This document shows, one piece after another, positions 56,138 to 64,000 of a stretch of 64,000 nucleotides of DNA (position 1 is the first letter of the stretch; each line of letters starts with the position of its first letter). The stretch comes from Octopus vulgaris (taxonomy: Eukaryota): the NCBI GenBank assembly GCA_951406725.2, contig OX597817.1:71114001-71178000 (forward strand), given 5' to 3'. The notes below the pieces were generated by a model that saw only the letters and a list, made by a program, of their open reading frames with translations, did no database searches and was not told the DNA's origin. The position numbers and the translations under genes were made by a program.

Positions 56138-56673
56138 ACAAGGTGGAGTGAAAAAGTAATGCAATTTATTTTATTGTTCTGAGCACTACCTATGGCTAAC
56201 TCCAGCATCCGATGCCGGCTCATCAACGGTTATGCGCCTGTCAGCTCTAATTAAAGTGTCTACTTTTCCCTTATTGACAAGGTTGAAGAAGTTGTCGGGT
56301 GGCCATTATGCGGCATGTCTGCTGAGCTTGAACTTCCCAGTTCTGTTTTGATGTGTTGAATTCTCATTCAGACTGCAAGTCCGTCTCCATACATTTATGT
56401 TCGTAAATATTTTTCAGTCATTTGTGAATGTTTACAGGAATCTCTCTTTCGGCAATAAGGAACTCAATTACTGCGCTTTGCATCTGATGGACTCCCATTA
56501 GGGTAGCCATTTGGATATCAGATCATTTATGTATAAATCTGAAAAGAAAAAGAAAGTAGATAATTAAAGATCAGGAGTATACATGTCTTTCCATCTGTAC
56601 CAAAAATCAAATGATTTCGTTGAAAATGTGCCTCGTGTGACAAAAATTGCATTACTTTTTGACTTGGCTGTAT
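56138..56673 (-). mobile_element. Internally deleted mariner with both TIRs
   Basis: GAAAAAGTAATGCAAT / ATTGCATTACTTTTTG; QSAVIEFLIAE...NIHK and KVDTLIRADRRITVDE on the minus strand. Confidence 0.75.
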
Positions 56674-56747
56674 ATATAATATTCTTGTATGTATGTATGT
56701 ATGTATGTATGTATGTATGTATGTATGTATGTATGTATGTATGTATG

Positions 56748-56787
<40 letters not shown>

Positions 56788-56865
56788 AATCTATCTCTCT
56801 ATATGTCTGTATGTTTGTATTTATATGTATATGTCTGTCTATCTATCTATCTATCTATCTATCTA

Positions 56866-56926
<61 letters not shown>

Positions 56927-57039
56927 GTTTGGATAGGCGTGATTGTGTGGTAAGAAGCTTACTTCCTAACGACATGGTTCCGGGTTCAGTCCCACTGCAT
57001 GGCACCTTGGGCACCTTGAACAGGACGCCGGTCCGTTAC

Positions 57040-58620
57040 AGAGTTCAAGGCCAGCAATTTTAACGGGAGGGGACAAGTCGATCATATCGACCCCAGTACT
57101 TGTCTGGTACTTTATTTTTTCGGCCCTTAACTGGCAAAAGGCAAAGAGGATCTCAGCAAGAATTGAACTCAGAACGTAAAGAGCCAGAAAAAATGCTACG
57201 AAGCATGTTTCCGACGTGCCACCGATTCTGTCAATTTGCTGTCTTGATTGGTGCTGCAATATATCGAACTCGGAAGGATGAAAGCAAAGCTGGCTGACTT
57301 CGGCAGGATTTCGTCTCAAAATATAAAGAGCCAGATGGAACACCGTTACGCATTTTGTCCAATGCATTAACAATTCTGCTTATTAACTGCCCTACAGAGA
57401 CAGTAACATTAACAGAAACAACAGCACTATAAACAATTGCAAAACAACCACAATAACACCAAGGAAATGCACATCGATTAAATGGACTTCATTATTTAAC
57501 TAGTACCTTACTTTATCGACTCCGGTGAGATGAAAAGCAAAGCCAACCTTGGGAAGAAAAGGGATGAACTGACTACACAAAGAGCATGTCGGCTATAATA
57601 ATGATTTGGAATTTTGGCACAAGGACAGCAATTTTTGGGGAACAGGTAAGTCGATTATACAGACCCCCAATGCTCAACTGGCACTTATTTTATCAACTCC
57701 GCGGGATGAAAGGCAAAGTCGGTCTTGGTGGAATTTCAGTTCAGAACCTGAAGACTGACGAAATACCTATTTCTTTACTACCCATAAGGGGCTAGACACA
57801 GAGAGGACAAACAAGGACAGACAAACAAATTAAATCGATTATATCGACCTCAGTGCGTAACTGGTACTTATTTAATCGACCCCGAAAGGATAAAAGGCAA
57901 AGTCGACCTCGGCGGAATTTGAAATCACAACGTAACGGCAGACGAAATACCTATTTCTTTATTACCCACAAGGGGCTAAACACAGAGGGGACAAACAAGT
58001 ACAGACATAGGTATTAAGTCGATTACATCGACCCCAGTGCGTAACTGGTACTTATTTAATCGACCCCGAGAGGATGAAAGGCAAAGTCGACCGCGGCGGA
58101 ATTTGAAATCACAACGTAACGGCAGACGAAATACCGCTAAGTATTTCGCCCGGCGTGGTGACGATTCTGCCAGCTCGCCGACGTAATACCGGCTATAATA
58201 ATGGTTTCAAATTTTGACACAAGGTCAGCAAGTTCGGAGTATGGGCGATTATATCGACCCTAGTACGTGACTGGTACCTTTTTATCGACCTCTAAAGGAG
58301 GAAAGACAAAGTTGATCGGCAGAATTTGAACTCCAAACATAAGGACGGATGAAATATCGCTAAACATTTTTCCCGGCGTGCTAACGGTTCTGTCAGCTTT
58401 CCACTTTAATATCAGCTATAATAATAGCACCAATAACAATAGCAACGATGACAGCAGTGGCTTCTGATTGAGGTACAACATCATTAATTTTGAAAGGACG
58501 AGTTCAGTCGATAGCGTGGACCTCAGTATTTGGTTGATACTTTATTTTGTTGATCTGGAGTGGATGAAAGGTAAAGTTCACCTTGGTGGTATTTGAACTC
58601 AGAGTGTGAAGAGTCGGAAC
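57040..58620 (-). mobile_element. Cluster/tandem array of SINE family 1 (about 8 full or partial units)
   Basis: Repeated GATGAAAGGCAAAGTCGACC...AATTTGAA. A well-preserved array at about 57640-58180 mirrors 6448-6900. Confidence 0.85.
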
Positions 58621-59669
58621 AAGTACCGCAAACGTGACCAGGCTACAAGTTTACCGCCTTGTAGCAATAACGGTAACAGCAAGAACGACAGTATTAACAA
58701 TAACACCATGAACATCAACAATAATAATAATAATAACAGCAGCTACTACAGAAAAGAAAACTCAAAAGAAAACAAAATAAAAAAAACAACTCAAAACACA
58801 TCTACGACGACGACAGTAATAGCAACAACAACAACAACAACTACAACAACTTCATCATCAATATTCCAGCCTAAAAAAGAAGCCAGACGGCCTGGCTCTT
58901 ACATAGAACATTAAATAGTTAATATATAAAATATTGCAATATTTCGGTAAGTTACGTCCCTTGAGGTGCAACCCACATTCATTTTTTTAAAAAATGGACA
59001 AATTAATTTCTCAGAGTGCCATGACATCATAGGCGTTCCAGAAGTGTCCTGGTCATCTCTTTTTTCTTTCTTTTTTGTTTTCTTTTACAGAAATAGTAGT
59101 ATATCTAGTATATTTAATACTACAATAGATTTTAAAAAAAAAAAGGATTAAATTTAATCTAAGTGGGGTTTGTACTTTATTTATAGCCTGCCGATTGATC
59201 ATATTAGAAGCTTCGACATAGGTTTATCTACATAGGCGTCTGCAGCGATTTAGTCGACTAAATGAGGTGAAGAGAACTACATTGTCAATCTCAATGGGAT
59301 TTGAACTCATAATACAGAGCTCTAAAAGCGAACACTCTTCCGAATATATGCTTCAGCTTCCAACAACTTCTTGCACAAAACTGCTACACATTATGTTATA
59401 CCATACTATATTTCATTAGTACTGTACTATAATACACTATACTATGCAAGCATATTATAGTGTATTTATATACAAACACACAATCACGAACACATGCATG
59501 CTCGTGCACTCACAACACACACACACACACGCGCGCACACATACACAACTACACATACACACATGTACATACTGAAATGTGGTATCCTAAACCAATGCCA
59601 CCACGATGAGGCATTCTTTGTGTGTGTATGATCTGAATTTATACTTATATATATATATATATACATACA

Positions 59670-59701
<32 letters not shown>

Positions 59702-59904
59702 GATACATATGTAAGTAGGTATGTAGGTATTCAAGCATATATGTATATATACTTGTATGCATATATGTATGAATGGATGTACATATGTATGCATTGATAT
59801 ATGTAGATCTATATCTGTATCTATTCCTATCTATATACGTCTAAGTAGACACACACACACACATATATAAAATATACATCACCACACATACATATACCTA
59901 TATC

Positions 59905-59957
<53 letters not shown>

Positions 59958-60241
59958 ACTGTGTATATATACAAAACACATGCACACATAAATGTGTGTG
60001 CATCTACGTGTATGTATGAGTTGGCATACACTGAAACACATCAGGGAACAGCATAGTTTATGTCTGTAGCTATTAAATTAAATATCAATTATAATTAGTC
60101 CTCAGCTCTTCAGTTACAATAATGATTATTCAAGGTAATTCAATCAGGCATCGAAAGATGCAAATTTATAAGTACAATGAATTATAACTAGAACACATAC
60201 ACACACGCACGTACTCAGGAACACACAGAGACACAGACACA

Positions 60242-60290
<49 letters not shown>

Positions 60291-60300
60291 ATATATATAT

Positions 60301-60750
60301 TTAGATCAAAGACAGAAATTGGAATTAGTGCGATTCTTTATTCAAAACGACTACAATTGTTTCGGCGCATTCTCGCACTCGTAGGTCATAGGTAAAATGC
60401 TGTTTAGTCAACTATATTACACCAAGGGAGTATATTGCACTTCCTCAGGTGATTGCTTAAACAAGTTCCTCGCAATATCTTCTCACCATTTCACTCATTT
60501 TAATAAAGTGTACTTAAATTGATGTGGCGATTCTAGCAGTTCTCAGATATTCATTATTAAACTGAGTGAAACGGCGAGAGGATATAGTGAGGAACTTGTT
60601 TAAACAGTCACCTGAAGAAGCGCATCCTACATGTAATGTACGATACTTGACTGCACAACATCACTTATGATCTACAGGTGCGAGAATGCATCGAAACAAC
60701 TGAATAAAGAATAAAGAATTTCATTGATTCCATTTTGTGTTTTTGATCTA
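60301..60750. mobile_element. Inverted pair of PLE pseudo-LTR-like arms (about 200 bp), each with a long-stem-II hammerhead-like motif
   Basis: 60301-60506 versus 60554-60750. Minus: TCAC-CTGAGGA...ATGCGCC-GAAA-CAATTG-TA-GTCG (60453-60348). Plus: TCAC-CTGAAGA-AGCGCAT...ATGCATC-GAAA-CAACTG (60608-60702). Confidence 0.7.
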
Positions 60751-61030
60751 TTTATATAAACTCTACGGACACTATGGAATTCCTGAAGTATATCCAGTAG
60801 CATGTACATCTCTAATGTATGATGACATCAGGTAGCCGATAAATGTGCACGAGTTTTGCACAGTATTCTACAAGGTTTTCACCCGAATCTCACTTAAATA
60901 CGAATATATATGCATGGATATATGTATACAATGAATATATAATAATATATATGTATACGTATGTTTGTACGATATAAATGTATTGTATTGATTAGACGGC
61001 TCTCTCCCTTCCCCTCTTTCTATATATATA

Positions 61031-61845
61031 TATACAAAAATGGGACAAGAACGCAAAACATCCAGACGTACATTTTAGTCTCTTATATGTAAGTATATAT
61101 ATATATATATATATTTTGTACGACTCTTATTCTTTCTATTCTTTCATTCTTTCCTTCTTTCTATCAGCCCTTTAACACTTCGTTCATTCCACTCTTCGTT
61201 ATTTTGTTCTCCCTCTCTCACATTTCCTGGCCTTCTCTTCATGCCCACTTTCCCTCCTCTTTCATTTCACATTGACCCTTTCATTTTTTCTCCCCCCCCT
61301 CCTTAATTCTTCTATTCCTCTGCCTCTACCTCTCTTTCTTCTCTCCCCACGTGACCGGTGTCCAGCCAAGCCAGACCTTTCTTTCTTGATTCGACTACCA
61401 TCCGTCCAACATCAATATTCCTCCCTATGCCTGTCAAAGCTTATGTTCCTGCCGTAAGGCTTTACTTCCACACGCCAGCTTAATTTAATTCGTCTTTAGT
61501 CGAAAGACACCTTTTGTTATGTCCTATTATTTGCATTTGTATTTGTGTATCATTTCTCCGTTTTTTCCGTCCTTGTTTTTGTATACATTCGCTACTTTCT
61601 TCCAAGGAATCTAATGCTCTTAGTTTAGTTTTTCCTTGGGGGCTGGCCAGATTGGAGCAATCTCGAGAATAACCAGCCGAAATTGCAAAGATAGTCTGGA
61701 ACTCGACTGAGGAAAGAATACTCCGAGTGACCCGTACTTGTCTTCATTGTATCGTGTGTCTGGATGTTTTGTGTTCTTGTCTTATTTTTGTATTTTTTAT
61801 ATATAAAAATATAGCGGCGTACGTACACATTGGTCTCACTCTCTC
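61031..61845 (+). mobile_element. Family A element with short inverted 5' segment
   Basis: 61031-61067 is inverted at 61758-61793; the body is the reverse complement of 1-597 and 761-1222. Confidence 0.7.
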
Positions 61846-62321
61846 TCTGTACATATATATATATATATATATTATTTCTACCAGTGCAAAGAAACAATTT
61901 CTGTACAAGAACGTTTAAATAAAGAAAATTCATCGTAAAATACAAAACACGCCTAAATATGAACGCATAATCAAATTTGGTCTCAGTACATATTTTTTAT
62001 TCGTGATCACATATCCATCACAGTACAGATTTCATCTCACTACTTTACAGTTTTTGCATATTATTTATCTCACCCCCAAATGAGCAATTACCTCCCCTGT
62101 CCCGAATAATAATTATCACCACTTACCTCCCCTTAGAGTTTTCTACTTGTTGATTCATTCACAAAGTATCATACAAGAACATGGAATAAAACCTTCTTAA
62201 GAAAATACAAAATTACGATAATTTCAATATCATGATAAGTGAAAGCGAAACTGGTCGACAACCACAATGCTCTTTCATTCATATTATATTAAAACTATGT
62301 AAACTGTGTGCCTTTCCTTCT

Positions 62322-62389
<68 letters not shown>

Positions 62390-62827
62390 GGTAAATTGAA
62401 AGCAGAAAAATGAACACGATTCAATTGGACGAACATACATACACACAGATGACCCCTCCCCACAAATATAACGATAGAAAGAATATTCATTGTCCAAGAA
62501 CTAGCACAATTTTAAGAATCATTCGTGCAAGTCCAAAGTACGAGGACTCAAGAAATAGATCAGGAACTTCTAACCATAGTCTAATATGTAGACCTGTCTA
62601 AGTCTGGAAGGCCAAACAATCTGGATACCTCCCTATACTTGTCTTTAATTCAAAATCTCAAACAGAGGAGGAGACTGTAAAATCAAATTTTATAAGAACG
62701 ATACCTGCAGAAATTGCTTGTCCACGATAATTTCAGCCCCTCCTGTCAGTGTTTTTACCGGGTGCAAAAACAGAAAGAACGAAGATAAAGGGGTATTTGA
62801 ATCACTCAGTATATCAACACTCATACT

Positions 62828-63298
62828 TCAGCAAGCCAAAGTTCATGCAGGGATAAAAATTTGTGCCCGCTAAATGGAGCTTGCATGTCCGAGACCATCA
62901 TTTATGAAGCCACCGTGGACTCTATATCCACCAAGGACACGGTTTCGACGAAGAAATACGTGGGCCTTACAGAGGGTAATTTCAAGGCCAGGTTCAATAA
63001 TCACACCTCGAACTTCAGGTACTGGGATAAAAGGAAAAGGACCAAATTATCCAGTCGTATATGGTCTTTAAAAGATAAAGGTGCCAGTTACAACATCCAT
63101 TGGAAGATCTTAGCCAAGTATAAGCTCTACACCAACGGCAGTGGAAAGTGCAGTCTTTGTGATATGGAAAGATGGCTCATCTGGAAAAGCAGCTTAAGCC
63201 CCGCCTCATATCTAAATTCAAGAATTGAACTTTTCGGATCATGTTCATATGTGGCTAAATATTTGTTACGTTTTTGGTCCCTCCAAGATTACAGATAG
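62828..63298 (+). pseudogene. Naiad-like Penelope GIY-YIG endonuclease domain (5'-truncated element)
   Basis: SCRDKNLCPLNGACMSETIIYEATV...YVGLTEGNFKARFNNHTSNF...TKLSSRIWSLKD...WKIL...KCSLCDMER...LNSRIELFGSC; no RT upstream. Confidence 0.9.
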
Positions 63299-64000
63299 GA
63301 CTTGCTTTCTATATTGTGTCCACGTGCAAGCTTTTTATCTCTCTATACTTTTTACTTATATTTCTTATATATTTTTTATATATTTTTTACATATTTATAG
63401 AGATATTGGTTTATAGTTTTATTGCTCATATATTTTTTTACACATAATTTTTCTGTACCCTACCTTCCACCCTGCATTTTTCCTGTTCGTATATAGACGT
63501 ATATATGGAATGTTTTGTACGCGCGTGTGTATGTGTGCGTGTGTGCGGGTATGTGCGTATATATACGTGTGTGTGTGCGTGCATGCGAGTATGTGTGTAT
63601 ATAGACGTGTTTTACTCTTATTGCTTATTTTTTACACGTTTTTTTACACATTTTTCTGTATTTTGCCTTCAGCCCTGTTTTTTCTTGTGCATTTGCGTAT
63701 ATAGACGTGTGTATGAAACTTTTTTGTGCGTGTGTGTGTGTGTGGAAGCGTATATGCGGGTATGTATATATTTTTTGGCGAATGTGTGGGTGAGCATGTG
63801 TGTGTTTTAAGTGAGGGTGGATGAGTATATACATACAGGCGCATGTATGTTGGTGAGCGGGCGCGCATGTGTATGTATGGACATGCACGCTTACGCGATT
63901 ACTATGGACATTTTTACTCCCTTACCTTTACTCCCTCCACTTACTTAGCAATCATTCAGAAAGCTCTTTTGTCTTAATAAACGGTCAATCACACAGTACT

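Noticed and set aside
62828-63298. Selenocysteine recoding, as reported for some Naiad PLEs
   Set aside because: Conserved Cys positions are TGC/TGT (one AGT); no in-frame TGA at those sites and no recognisable SECIS. Same for the element at 19066-20220.

Overview
AT-rich, microsatellite-saturated eukaryotic DNA with no recognisable host gene. The SINE repertoire and repeat landscape suggest a coleoid cephalopod (Octopus-like); this is an inference. Nearly all listed ORFs are translations of simple repeats. The real content is decayed transposons: a Tx1/L1-type RT, CR1-like, R4/Dong-type and HERO-type non-LTR remnants, Penelope-like elements (PLEs) of three types (Naiad-, Neptune- and Poseidon-like GIY-YIG), Ty3/Gypsy pol, mariner, pogo-like, hATm-like, a non-autonomous Helitron carrying a piggyBac fragment, MITEs and at least four tRNA-derived SINE families. 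The most interesting signal is not shown by the ORF track: about ten minimal type-I hammerhead ribozyme motifs with palindromic stem III, in short non-coding cassettes, many with inverted termini and wedged into (TA)n or (CA)n tracts. One element with a 15-bp TSD couples a PLE endonuclease tail, a tRNA-like Pol III box and a hammerhead. Also notable: a GIY-YIG domain split by a long Asn/Ser/Thr linker, a 2.1-kb tandem duplication with a conversion-like patch, and a nested inverted/direct-repeat rearrangement at 29.3-31.6 kb. Boundaries of decayed elements were read by eye and are approximate.
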